This document shows, one piece after another, positions 43,734-53,143 of a stretch of 64,000 nucleotides of DNA (within the stretch, counting starts at the first letter, position 1; every line of letters starts with the position of its first letter). The notes under the pieces were generated by a model. It was not told the DNA's origin, searched no databases, and saw only the letters and a program-made list of their open reading frames with translations. Made by a program: the position numbers and the translations under genes. The stretch comes from Candidatus Saccharimonadota bacterium (GTDB lineage: Bacteria; Patescibacteriota; Saccharimonadia; Saccharimonadales; OFTM59): NCBI GenBank assembly GCA_029260875.1, contig JAJDCL010000027.1, positions 7,354 to 71,353 on the forward strand. Reading direction: 5' to 3'.

Positions 43734-46307
43734 ATGAAGCTACCGAAGGTGTATGAACCAAATGAATATGAGTCTGATATTTACGCCCTCTGGGAAAAGA
43801 GCGAGGCGTTTGTACCGGCAAATCGCGGTTCTGGAAGCAGCTACTGTATCGTAATGCCCCCACCAAACGCGAATGCGAACCTACACATAGGCTATGAACT
43901 GACAGCTGCGCTAGAGGATATCCCTAGCCGCTATCATCGGATGAAAGGGGATGCAACGCTTCTTTTACCAGGGGCGGACCACGCCGGGTTTGAGACGCAA
44001 GTGGTCTACGAGAAACATTTAGCAAAGGAGGGGAAGAGTCGGTTTGACTTCACCCGAGAGGAGCTTTATCGGCAAATATGGGATTTCGTTGCCCTGAACC
44101 GCACCAAGTTTGGAACACAGCTCCGCAAGATGGGCGTAAGCTGCGATTGGGCACATTACACGTACACCCTTGACGACAAGGTAGTCAAACTTGCCTACCA
44201 AACCTTTAAGAAAATGTGGGACGAGAAGTTAATTTACAGAGGTGAACGCTTGGTGAACTTTTGCACCTTTCACGGGACTGGCTTTGCTGACATTGAAGTT
44301 GAGTATAAGGAAGTGAAGGGGCACTTGTGGCACATCCGTTATCCGTTAACTGACGGAAGCGGTGAACTTATTGTAGCTACCACCAGGCCAGAAACTATGC
44401 TGGGCGATGTAGCTGTAGCGGTCCATCCCAAGGACGACCGCTATAAAGGATTTGTGGGCAAGACCGTCAAACTGCCACTTACACAAAGGGAGATACCAGT
44501 AATTGCCGATGCTTTTGTGGAGCGCGGATTCGGCACCGGAGCGGTAAAGATAACGCCAGCTCACGACATAAATGACTTTGACGCTGCCCAAAGGCACGAC
44601 TTGCCGAAGATTACAGTGATTGATCATGAGGGCAAGATGACGCACGACGTTCCTGCCCCATACCAGAGCTTGGCGGTTGAGCAGGCCAGGGAAGCGATTG
44701 TGACAGATCTGAATGATTTAGGGCTGCTCGCGGAGGTCAATGATCACCTCCATAACGTTGGACACTGTTATAAGTGTGGCACCATCATACAACCACTCCT
44801 GCGAGAACAATGGTTTGTAGACATGAAACCTCTGGCCACCAAGGCCATTAAGGTTCTTCGTACCGACAAGATTCGCTTTTATCCGGACAGCAAGAAGAAT
44901 CAGCTTATAACTTACCTCAAGGGCCTTCGCGACTGGAACATATCACGGCAGATTGCTTGGGGTATACCAATCCCCGCCTTCCAAAACCTAGAAGACCCCG
45001 AAGATTGGATTTTTGACGAGAGGGTAGGTGAGGAAATCATTGAGGTGGACGGCAAGAAATACCGACGCGATCCTGACGTTTTTGACACCTGGTTCAGCAG
45101 TTCATCCTGGCCGTACGCCACACTCGATTATCCAGAAGGAGAGGATTTTAAACAATTTTATCCAACTGACCTAATGGATACAGGTGGCGAAATCCTCTAC
45201 CCCTGGGTTTCGCGTATGATTATGCTCGGCTTGTATGTGACCGGAGATATTCCGTTCAAAGACGTCTATATACACGGATATGTAATGGCCGAAGACGGTT
45301 CTAAAATGAGCAAGTCTATCGGCAACGTAGTCGACCCTATACCGGTAATTGAGAAGTACGGCTCAGACGCGCTGCGCATGGGCATAATCGCTGGCAGGTC
45401 TCCGGCGGTCAACAGGGGCTATGACCCGCGCAGAGTAGAGGAAGCAAGAAATTTATGCAACAAACTATGGAATGTTGCACGGTTTATAGAGGATAAGATT
45501 GGGGACGACTTCACTACGCGACACGATCCAAAGGCGACAAACAGTGCCGACAATTGGATACTTAATAAGATGAACTATTTAAATAAATCAATGTCTTCGC
45601 ATTTAGAGAATTACCGTTTCAGTGAGGCGTATGAGCTAATTTATCACTTTGTATGGGATGATTTTGCTGATTGGTACATCGAAGCGTCCAAGGTCAATCT
45701 GAATAAGGATGTATTGGCGTATGTTCTTGACGCGACACTGCGCATTGCACACCCGTTTGCGCCATTTGTGACAGAAACTATCTGGCAAACACTCAAATGG
45801 GAAGGTGACACAATGCTCATAACCAGTAGCTGGCCAAAGGCAGTTCATGCATCCAAAGACGAAGCTGCAGTTTTTGAAGAACTGCAGACTATCATCAGCG
45901 AAATCCGCTACATAAAAGCCGAATTACATCTGAAAAACCTCCGTTTATACCACACAGGTGAAGAATTTCTAAAGAAGCATACGGAGCTTATCAAAGGTCT
46001 TGCAGGACTTGCCAGCATAGAAGAGGTTCGTGATGGTCACGGCTTGCATTTGACCCAGACCAACTACCGTTGCTGGCTGGACCTGGACCAAGAAACGGCT
46101 ATACACTTCCTAAAGCAACTAGAATCTAAAAGGGAAGGGTACGCCAAAACAATTGAGCAGCTTGAAGCCCGCCTATCCAACAAGAATTACGTCAAAAACG
46201 CTCCCCGAAAAATAGTGGACGAGACTAAACAACAGTTAGAAGAAACCAAAACTCTTCTAGCCAAAGTCACCGAAGAACACTCCCGCTTCGCCACCGCCCA
46301 AAGATAG
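43734..46307 (+). CDS. valS: Valine--tRNA ligase
   Basis: PPPNANANLHIGY (HIGH region, with Tyr in place of the last His), TRPETMLGD editing domain, KMSKS, and a C-terminal coiled coil. Confidence 0.97.
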   Translation: MKLPKVYEPNEYESDIYALWEKSEAFVPANRGSGSSYCIVMPPPNANANLHIGYELTAALEDIPSRYHRMKGDATLLLPGADHAGFETQVVYEKHLAKEGKSRFDFTREELYRQIWDFVALNRTKFGTQLRKMGVSCDWAHYTYTLDDKVVKLAYQTFKKMWDEKLIYRGERLVNFCTFHGTGFADIEVEYKEVKGHLWHIRYPLTDGSGELIVATTRPETMLGDVAVAVHPKDDRYKGFVGKTVKLPLTQREIPVIADAFVERGFGTGAVKITPAHDINDFDAAQRHDLPKITVIDHEGKMTHDVPAPYQSLAVEQAREAIVTDLNDLGLLAEVNDHLHNVGHCYKCGTIIQPLLREQWFVDMKPLATKAIKVLRTDKIRFYPDSKKNQLITYLKGLRDWNISRQIAWGIPIPAFQNLEDPEDWIFDERVGEEIIEVDGKKYRRDPDVFDTWFSSSSWPYATLDYPEGEDFKQFYPTDLMDTGGEILYPWVSRMIMLGLYVTGDIPFKDVYIHGYVMAEDGSKMSKSIGNVVDPIPVIEKYGSDALRMGIIAGRSPAVNRGYDPRRVEEARNLCNKLWNVARFIEDKIGDDFTTRHDPKATNSADNWILNKMNYLNKSMSSHLENYRFSEAYELIYHFVWDDFADWYIEASKVNLNKDVLAYVLDATLRIAHPFAPFVTETIWQTLKWEGDTMLITSSWPKAVHASKDEAAVFEELQTIISEIRYIKAELHLKNLRLYHTGEEFLKKHTELIKGLAGLASIEEVRDGHGLHLTQTNYRCWLDLDQETAIHFLKQLESKREGYAKTIEQLEARLSNKNYVKNAPRKIVDETKQQLEETKTLLAKVTEEHSRFATAQR

Positions 46308-46354
46308 GGGTTATCTCATTTACAATATGATATAATTATAGTATAGTGGTTATT

Positions 46355-46645
46355 ATGACTAAATTTATTGTTGAAAGTCCTTCTAATTTAGAAGAAAAGC
46401 AAGTTTTGATTCATTTCCCAGAGGAGGATCATAGAAGAGTCAAGATCTTTTCCGCCGCGTCAGGTTTGTCAATCAGGCGCTATGCGGAAGAGGCAGTATC
46501 TGTAGCTATTGCTACAGGCTTAGAAGAGAACGAGCACTTAAGGGGTATGGTAGAGCACATGCTTGCCTACAAAGGCAGCGAACTCATAGTAAATGAAGCT
46601 GGCGACTTTGTAGTTAGAGACGCAACAGAAAAAATCACTACTTAA
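46355..46645 (+). CDS. Ribbon-helix-helix (CopG/Arc-like) domain protein
   Basis: VLIHFPEEDHRRVKIFSAASGLSIRRYAEEAV fits a beta-strand plus two-helix RHH pattern. ATG 46355 is preferred over GTG 46346. Confidence 0.4.
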   Translation: MTKFIVESPSNLEEKQVLIHFPEEDHRRVKIFSAASGLSIRRYAEEAVSVAIATGLEENEHLRGMVEHMLAYKGSELIVNEAGDFVVRDATEKITT

Positions 46646-46697
46646 AATAAGTTTAGACTTTAGAGGGTCTAACACAAGTGATTTTTAGAGAAGATAT

Positions 46698-47546
46698 TTA
46701 ATCGTCGGGTTCGAGGGCGGCACGGACACGAGCGACACTTTCGTCTGGGCGGTAATCGTCAAACCACATGACTTTCCAGCCTAAGCGCTCGGCGGCCATT
46801 ACGTTAGCGCGCGAGTCGTCTACAAAAAGGATTTCCTCGGGCTGTACACCGGATTTTGCCAAGGCAATTTCAAAAATTTTGGGCTCGGGCTTGATGGCCT
46901 TGACCTCTGAAGAGTCTACAATTGCAGCATACTCAATGCGGGGCAGGGTGCCTTGTTCTAGCATGGTTTTAATAAGCCCCGGCATTATATTGCTAAGAAG
47001 CCCCACATGATAATGTTGGCTAGCCCAGTTAAGGAGTTCGCGCATTTCTTCTATGGGCTCAATCGCAGCGAGGTAATAATCACGCCAATCAAAGGTTTGC
47101 AGCTCAAGGCGTTCGCCTAAAATACCGTTAAATTCAGCCATGGAGATTTCTCCACGACACACAGCGTCGTTATAGTGCCAATATGTTGTTTCAATTGTGT
47201 CGGCTTGCTGCCCGCTCTCTTCCGCTATGCGGGTGAATGCCTGGTGATAAAACCGCACCAGGCAGCCGTTGATGTCAAAGTAGACGAATCGTACGCCGCT
47301 TTTAGAGCGCTTCTTGGCCGCTTCAGGCACCTTCGGGATAATGTCACCTAAAAGATCGTTAAGATTCGTACCGAGAGCTGCTGCGATGCTCTGGATCGTA
47401 AAGATTGACGGCGCTTTGATAGCGCCACGTTCAATCTTGGCTAATGTCGAATAACTCAAACCTGCTTTGTGACACAAATCCTGTTGTGTCAGGCCTGCGT
47501 TCTTACGTGCTTCTTGCAGCAGTTTGCCTAAACCCACCTCATCCAT
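46698..47546 (-). CDS. XRE-family HTH domain fused to a HAD-like hydrolase domain
   Basis: N-terminus LGKLLQEARKNAGLTQQDLCHKAGLSYSTLAKIERG (Cro/C1 HTH). C-terminus YFDINGCLV...LLSNIMPG...FVDDSRANV (HAD motifs). Confidence 0.75.
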   Translation of the reverse strand: MDEVGLGKLLQEARKNAGLTQQDLCHKAGLSYSTLAKIERGAIKAPSIFTIQSIAAALGTNLNDLLGDIIPKVPEAAKKRSKSGVRFVYFDINGCLVRFYHQAFTRIAEESGQQADTIETTYWHYNDAVCRGEISMAEFNGILGERLELQTFDWRDYYLAAIEPIEEMRELLNWASQHYHVGLLSNIMPGLIKTMLEQGTLPRIEYAAIVDSSEVKAIKPEPKIFEIALAKSGVQPEEILFVDDSRANVMAAERLGWKVMWFDDYRPDESVARVRAALEPDD

Positions 47547-47607
47547 TGAGTACTATGGTACTAGTTTTAGTGACTAATACCAAGAGAAAATAGTACTAAA
47601 TGGCTAG

Positions 47608-47778
47608 TTATACAACGAAGCCGAGGAAGGTGAGCATAGCAAGAAACGCCAAAAGTCCGATAAGACCAGCCACTATAAGAGCATTTTGCGTGTTGCCACC
47701 TGTTCGGCGCTGAGTTTTGTTGAAGACCCATGCTGCCACACCGAGAGCGAACATAAGACCGATTACCGCATTAGACAT
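47608..47778 (-). CDS. Small two-TM membrane protein (56 aa), not in the ORF track
   Basis: Hand translation: MSNAVIGLMFALGVAAWVFNKTQRRTGGNTQNALIVAGLIGLLAFLAMLTFLGFVV*. It fills an otherwise empty 250-nt gap. Confidence 0.45.
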   Translation of the reverse strand: MSNAVIGLMFALGVAAWVFNKTQRRTGGNTQNALIVAGLIGLLAFLAMLTFLGFVV

Positions 47779-47796
47779 GGTTTACATTTTAGCACG

Positions 47797-48198
47797 TTAG
47801 AAGGCAAGTTTTTTGGCCATTTCGGCTAGTGCCGTATGGTCGGGCTCTTGATCGCCCTGCAGGATGTGAGCCTCAATGGTTCTCTCTAAGGTCTGCTCAA
47901 GCGCAAATACATGGATATGGGCATGGGGAACACCAAAACCTTCAACCGCCATTCCGACACGTTCCGGATTTAAGACTTCCCGTATCCGTAACGCGACTTT
48001 TTTAGATACCATCATAAGATACTGATAAAGGTCATCTTCTATGTCCCAAAGGTGGTCTATCTGCTGCTTAGGGACGACGAGCGTATGGCCCGGGGTTAAT
48101 GGGTCAATGGTTAGAAAGGCGATGGTCCGCTCATCTTCATATACCTTGTGGCAGGGGATTTCGCCCTTGATGATTTTGGTAAAAATACTATCTTCCAT
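47797..48198 (-). CDS. HIT-family (histidine triad) protein
   Basis: IFTKIIKGEIP and the HAHIHVF histidine triad. Confidence 0.92.
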   Translation of the reverse strand: MEDSIFTKIIKGEIPCHKVYEDERTIAFLTIDPLTPGHTLVVPKQQIDHLWDIEDDLYQYLMMVSKKVALRIREVLNPERVGMAVEGFGVPHAHIHVFALEQTLERTIEAHILQGDQEPDHTALAEMAKKLAF

Positions 48199-48368
48199 AT
48201 ATTAAATTGTACACTGACAAACAAGTATCCCCACACCCACTTAGTTTCAATTTTTGAACGGCCGTCTCAAAATTGGAACTAATTTATACGGTGTTTGGAG
48301 GGGGCTGGAGGGAAATAAAGGTTAGAAGTTCAGGCCGACATTATAGATAATTAAGATACAATGACTGC

Positions 48369-49406
48369 ATGAATTTTTTTAAAAAGCTGGGCTGCGGTAT
48401 ATGTTCGCTCGTTTTAAAACTTAGTTTGTTGATCTTTGCGTTAACATTTGCTCTGGTAGGTGTGTTGGGCGCTCCTGATCATCTTAAGCGAGCGCTGAAT
48501 GAGAGCGGGACATATGACAATGTGGTTAAAGTAGCACTGGATGCCACGACAAATGATTTAGCAAAACAACCCCAACAAATAGATCTTAATACTCCCGAGG
48601 TCAAACAGGCGGCAATAGAGGCCTTTCCGGCGGATACTATAGCGTCCTGGAGTGAGCAATTTATTGACGGTATTTATGGCTGGATGGATGGCAGCACCAA
48701 AGAGCCGGAGTTCCGGATAGACACTTCCGCTCAGCAAGATGTTTTTGCCCAAAATATTGCTAATTTAGCAGTCCAAAAAGCTGAAAGCTTACGGCCGTGT
48801 TCGCGCCAAGAGAGTCTGGAGCTTTCCCGCCAAGAAATAGATTTGTTTGATCTGCCCTGCAGGCCGCCAATAGATTTATCTGGCGAAAGGGAACGTTTAA
48901 CGGCGCAGATCAAAGACAATAACAATATATTTGGTAGCGACAATGTCATAAACGCAAAGGATATAACTGCGAATACTGAGGGGCAGGACCAGTTTAAGGC
49001 TAGCCCGATCCCGACCGCCTTTCAGTGGTCAAAACGATTGCCGGTTATCGCAGCTGGCGTTATGGCAATTTCTAGCGCCACACTAGTTTGGTTAAGCAGT
49101 GATAAGCGCCGAGGTTTTAAAAAAGTTGGCCTGTCTTCACTTGGGGCTGCAATATTTTTACTAGTCACCGTAGCTCTGTTCGGTTCCTTGTTTAACCGCG
49201 TAAACGGATCTATAAGCAAGCTCCCAGCCACTGCAGGTGAAGCTCTTAATGGCCCGTTAACAAAGGTGGCGGAGTCTTTATTCGGCACCTTTAATACCCA
49301 AGTTATCCTGATCTCTTTAATATATCTAACAATAGCCGTGGTAATACTACTAACCTTACGATTCACCAGGCATCCAAAAGGGGCAGTGCCAAAACGTTTT
49401 CAGTAA
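48369..49406 (+). CDS. Polytopic hypothetical membrane protein
   Basis: N-terminal TM helix, a large external domain, and three C-terminal TM helices. Confidence 0.55.
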   Translation: MNFFKKLGCGICSLVLKLSLLIFALTFALVGVLGAPDHLKRALNESGTYDNVVKVALDATTNDLAKQPQQIDLNTPEVKQAAIEAFPADTIASWSEQFIDGIYGWMDGSTKEPEFRIDTSAQQDVFAQNIANLAVQKAESLRPCSRQESLELSRQEIDLFDLPCRPPIDLSGERERLTAQIKDNNNIFGSDNVINAKDITANTEGQDQFKASPIPTAFQWSKRLPVIAAGVMAISSATLVWLSSDKRRGFKKVGLSSLGAAIFLLVTVALFGSLFNRVNGSISKLPATAGEALNGPLTKVAESLFGTFNTQVILISLIYLTIAVVILLTLRFTRHPKGAVPKRFQ

Positions 49407-49432
49407 TGCTTTGTAAGGGCAAAATTAAAATA

Positions 49433-49470
49433 TTGACCTACTATACCTTTAGTACTATACTGATAGTATA
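49433..49470 (+). promoter_or_regulatory. Promoter with overlapping palindrome for the membrane-protein/padR operon
   Basis: TTGACC (49433-38), 17 nt spacer, TATACT (49456-61). The -10 is the left arm of TATACT-GAT-AGTATA (49456-70). A direct ACTATAC copy lies at 49440-46. Confidence 0.55.
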
Positions 49471-49489
49471 ATAAGAAGGGTTAAGACTA

Positions 49490-50035
49490 ATGGTACGCAC
49501 ATCAAGCAAAGAACATCTGGCGAGTATTATATTGGGGGGTACAATTGTATGGCTCGGGTCGGCTTATATTCTACAACGGAGCACCTTTACTTGGACTAGT
49601 TACGGAGGTTTTGATTGGGCGGGCCTAGTATATATTGTCATATCTATAATAGTAGCGGCATATGGGCTGCATACTATACGCGCTGCCCGTGGGCTACTAC
49701 GCCAACATTACCTATGGTACGCAGCAGCCTGGATTATATTCATAGCCCTGTTGAGCATAGGGGCAGGAGAGACACGCAGGGGATATAGCGCACAACAAGC
49801 TTCATTACCCCAGAACCAATGTGTAGATAAAATTTTTCCCAGTATCTGTCGTAACCAGTCTACGGCTACGATTGTAACATCTGTAGATAACAGCTCTGCG
49901 ACCATCCCTCCTGGAAAGATCATTCAGGCGGGTAATGTAGCGCTATACATACTTTATGTACATCTTTTCATGATTGTATATGGTGCGATGAAAAAACGAG
50001 TAAAGGGGTACAGACATGAAGAGCTCTTTCAATAG
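49490..50035 (+). CDS. Hypothetical membrane protein
   Basis: At least four hydrophobic helices; no family recognised. Confidence 0.5.
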   Translation: MVRTSSKEHLASIILGGTIVWLGSAYILQRSTFTWTSYGGFDWAGLVYIVISIIVAAYGLHTIRAARGLLRQHYLWYAAAWIIFIALLSIGAGETRRGYSAQQASLPQNQCVDKIFPSICRNQSTATIVTSVDNSSATIPPGKIIQAGNVALYILYVHLFMIVYGAMKKRVKGYRHEELFQ

Positions 50036-50402
50036 GATGAGCCATTACGAGCAGAAATTGCTTGCTGGCTGGGAGGAGGTCTTTAAAAAAGGACAGCTAA
50101 CTCTATGGATATTGTTGGCACTTAGAGACTGCCCAAAGCATATGGCTGAGATTAAAAACTTCATTCATTCGGCAACAGGGGGAGTATTAAGCGTGGACGA
50201 CCAAAGCATGTATCGTGCTCTTAGGCGTTACCACGATGTTGAGATGGTCGGTTTTACCACCGAACCAGGGGATAACGGGCCGGATCGTAAAGTTTATGCA
50301 TTAACTGGCGTAGGAGCTAAAGTCTTGGATCAATTTCTAGACAGAAATATTGTTTCTGTGTTTTACAGAAAAGATATAAAAGACTTAGTAATGAATGCCT
50401 AA
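50016..50402 (+). CDS. PadR-family transcriptional regulator
   Basis: LWILLALRDCPKHMAEIKNFI...SVDDQSMYRALRRYHDVEMV...RKVYALTGVG matches the PadR wHTH pattern. An alternative start is ATG 50037. Confidence 0.7.
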   Translation: MKSSFNRMSHYEQKLLAGWEEVFKKGQLTLWILLALRDCPKHMAEIKNFIHSATGGVLSVDDQSMYRALRRYHDVEMVGFTTEPGDNGPDRKVYALTGVGAKVLDQFLDRNIVSVFYRKDIKDLVMNA

Positions 50403-51061
50403 TTATGAGGTGTTGGTAGGGTTTTCGCCAATGCGGCTTGCGCATAAGTGTAAGTGGCTGCAGCCCCAAAACACAATGAAGTGATAGCTACAATAGATGC
50501 AGATATATACAAAATTTGTGGCATAAAGCCAGAGCTATTAGTAAATACGCCCCCCCTTAACAAGTACATCCCCATAGCTCCCCACTGAAACATTGTACTT
50601 ATTTTGCCGTATTTAGATGGATGTATTTCGTTCCCGCGTTTTTTTGCGATAAATGCCAAAACTACATTTGTGATGTTTTGTAGAGCAATGGCAAGACCGA
50701 CCAACAAAGGAAGGATACCTGCCCAAACTAATACGGGCAGGGCAATCGCTAGCTCTAGCTTATCAACCGAAGCATCGGTAGCTTCGCCGAGCGGGCTCTT
50801 GGTGGCGGTCTTATGAGCTACGGCACCATCTAGTAGATCCATAATCCGACCTGCCACAATCTTAAGTAGCCCGCTAGTAGGGCTGCCGTCAACAATATCT
50901 GCCAACCCCCAAAGCACCAGCACTAAACCCAGCACGCTTACCGCATTACCGGGTGTTACGACGCCCTGGGTCTTGTTAGCTATACTTTGCCACCGCGACC
51001 AGTCTTTAGGGGCTATCGTATCCCAGTCTGGGGCGAGACCTGTGTGGTGCAACTTAACCAT
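50399..51061 (-). CDS. CDP-alcohol phosphatidyltransferase family protein (second copy)
   Basis: MDLLDGAVAHKTATKSPLGEATDASVDKL matches D-x2-DG-x2-A-x8-G-x3-D-x3-D. Confidence 0.7.
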   Translation of the reverse strand: MVKLHHTGLAPDWDTIAPKDWSRWQSIANKTQGVVTPGNAVSVLGLVLVLWGLADIVDGSPTSGLLKIVAGRIMDLLDGAVAHKTATKSPLGEATDASVDKLELAIALPVLVWAGILPLLVGLAIALQNITNVVLAFIAKKRGNEIHPSKYGKISTMFQWGAMGMYLLRGGVFTNSSGFMPQILYISASIVAITSLCFGAAATYTYAQAALAKTLPTPHN

Positions 51062-51076
51062 TCAGTCATATTAACA

Positions 51077-51168
51077 TGGCGGAGAGGGAGGGATTCGAAC
51101 CCTCGATACCCGTTGCCAGGCATAGCACTTTTCGAGAGTGCCCAGATCAACCACTCCTGCACCTCTCC
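51077..51168 (-). tRNA. tRNA-Ser (anticodon CGA)
   Basis: Hand fold: acceptor GGAGAGG/CCTCTCC, anticodon stem GCACT/AGTGC with loop CTCGAAA, a long variable arm, T-arm GAGGG-TTCGAAT-CCCTC, and an encoded CCA. Confidence 0.9.
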
Positions 51169-51201
51169 GGATTTGACTTAAATATTATTGTACTAGCAAT
51201 C

Positions 51202-52719
51202 TTATCTAACGGATACGAGGGGCAGCATTTTTTTACTGTGCGGATTATAGCCTTCCAGCTCTGTGGGATATTCTCCGTTAAAACATGCTCCGCAAGTTTC
51301 CTCGCCGTATGCCGATTGCATGCCTTCTTCCGACAAATACGCCAATGAGTCCAGTCCGTGGCTACGGGCTAATTCATCGGGGTTCTTGTAGTTTGCAATT
51401 AACTCTTCGGGCTTTGCGATATCCACACCGTAGAAACAGGGGTGCTTGACCGGTGAAGAGGCAGAACGGAAATGTACCATTGAAGCCACGCCTACAACCT
51501 TTTGGGCAATGACTTCCGCCGTGGTGTTGCGCACAATCGAATCATCGATAACTGCGATTTTTTTGCCTCTTATTAAATCTCGGTTTAGCACATAGCTAGT
51601 CTTTGCCTTGCGGCGGCGTTCTTCGCCTTGGGCCATAAAAGTACGAGGGACTCGACCTGTCTTTTTATCTACCAACTTCTCAATTGCCATTACCAGCGGC
51701 ACGCCGAGTTCATCGGCATAGCCCTGAGCAGCATCATTCGCCGAACGAGGGATGGAAATAACCATATCAATATCGGCGGGAGCTTCACGAGCCAGGATGC
51801 GTCCGGCTTCGTAGCGCATTTTACGCACCCGTGGATCTTCCGGGTTTCTGAGGTAAACGTTTTCCATTCTGCAAAAACGTAGGGCTGCTTGGGCGTATTT
51901 AATACTCGTAAGACCATCCTTGTCATTAATTACTACTATTTCGCCCGCGGCTACTTTGCGGACATAATTCGCTCCGACCGCTTCAAGTGTCGGCCGTTCC
52001 GAAGCCAGCATCCAACCGTGTTCGCCGAAGTCCCCTAGGACTAACGGTCTAAAACCGTTCGGGTCCCGCATACCAACCATGTCGCCGTTATGAAAACCGA
52101 CCAACGAAAAGGCACCCCGGGCTATCTTGGTCGCCCGCACTAGAGCGGCTGCGAGACGCGGAGTAGTCATAGCCTCATGGTTTATTTCCTGGGCGACTAA
52201 TTCACTGAACAACCAGGTGTCGCTTGGTTGTTCGCGCCGCGACGCTGGCAGCTGTTGTTGTATAGCCATACGGTTAACAAATTGGCCATTGTGATTAAGC
52301 GCGAAATCGCCCGAACGAGTTTTATGCCAGGTCGGCAGAGCGCCGTCATCACCTCCTATAGTGGTGTAACGATTTTCCCCACCGACCTGACGCGCCCTAT
52401 CCGGCAAAGCGTCAAGTAAATTACCGTTTACAAAAGCTTTTTCAGGGCCTCCGGGTCCCCTTAAGGGAATTATGTTTCGGCCGTCTACGCTGGCGTTCAT
52501 GCCGGTATTCTGTTGACCGCGGTGCACTTGAGCAATCAGCCCCTTGTAAGCCAGCTCTTTTACCGAAATACCTTGGTTGTAAAAGTGCTGCTCACCGGAC
52601 TCTGTCAAATAAATACCAAGAACGCCGCACTCCTCTCCTGGCGGATCCGGTAATTCAAAATGTACAAAATCCCTGTCAACGGCAAGCATAGCCTCGGTGG
52701 AGGTGAGAACATCGGGCAT
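51202..52719 (-). CDS. purF: Amidophosphoribosyltransferase (PurF-type Ntn glutamine amidotransferase)
   Basis: CGVLGIY follows a ~30-aa propeptide. PRTase motif KIAVIDDSIVRNTT. C-terminal Cys cluster (CFYGVD, CGACFNGEYP). Confidence 0.85.
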   Translation of the reverse strand: MPDVLTSTEAMLAVDRDFVHFELPDPPGEECGVLGIYLTESGEQHFYNQGISVKELAYKGLIAQVHRGQQNTGMNASVDGRNIIPLRGPGGPEKAFVNGNLLDALPDRARQVGGENRYTTIGGDDGALPTWHKTRSGDFALNHNGQFVNRMAIQQQLPASRREQPSDTWLFSELVAQEINHEAMTTPRLAAALVRATKIARGAFSLVGFHNGDMVGMRDPNGFRPLVLGDFGEHGWMLASERPTLEAVGANYVRKVAAGEIVVINDKDGLTSIKYAQAALRFCRMENVYLRNPEDPRVRKMRYEAGRILAREAPADIDMVISIPRSANDAAQGYADELGVPLVMAIEKLVDKKTGRVPRTFMAQGEERRRKAKTSYVLNRDLIRGKKIAVIDDSIVRNTTAEVIAQKVVGVASMVHFRSASSPVKHPCFYGVDIAKPEELIANYKNPDELARSHGLDSLAYLSEEGMQSAYGEETCGACFNGEYPTELEGYNPHSKKMLPLVSVR

Positions 52720-52875
52720 TTCTTTCAGTGTAACAACTCTAAATCAAAACGTCATGCTTTTTTTCAAAAAACTCTTCGTAGTCTGCCGGAAAACTCACAT
52801 TAAAAGCAAAAACCACTGCGCAACTACTATATTTTTTGAAAAATTTCTGTCACAAATTCGGATTAAGTAGGGTTA

Positions 52876-52907
52876 TAAAAAATCAGGCGCAAAGCCTGAC
52901 TTTTTTC
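52876..52907. terminator. Bidirectional intrinsic terminator next to tRNA-Arg
   Basis: aaaaaa-TCAGGC-gcaaa-GCCTGA-cttttttc: a GC-rich 6-bp stem with A and T runs on both sides. Confidence 0.6.
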
Positions 52908-52908
52908 A

Positions 52909-52985
52909 TGGTACACCCGATAGGATTCGAACCTACGACCTCCTGTACCGCAAACAGACGCTCTATCCAGCTGAGCTACGGGTGC
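52909..52985 (-). tRNA. tRNA-Arg (anticodon GCG)
   Basis: Hand fold aligned to the E. coli tRNA-Arg layout: D-arm GCTC-AGCTGGATA-GAGC, anticodon stem TCTGT/ACAGG with loop TTGCGGT, T-arm GTAGG-TTCGAAT-CCTAT, and an encoded CCA. There is a G1-U72 wobble in the acceptor stem. Confidence 0.85.
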
Positions 52986-53143
52986 TCGATAATGAGACAA
53001 ACCCTGGTAGGGTTTTTCTCATCGCGCCAGCAAAATGGAATACATTTTGTTGGGCTGCTCTTTTCCGTTAAGCACTAAAGCAAAACACAATAGTGCTCGT
53101 GGACAGGGGAGAGTTTAGCATAAAACAGGGGTATATACCAGGT

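Noticed and set aside
51076-51348. ORFs translating as ...GFEPS/GFEPT... (51076..51348 +, 52836..53078 +, 54051..54281 -)
   Set aside because: They run through tRNA genes. The GFEP peptide is the well-known translation artefact of the tRNA T-arm (GGTTCGAA).
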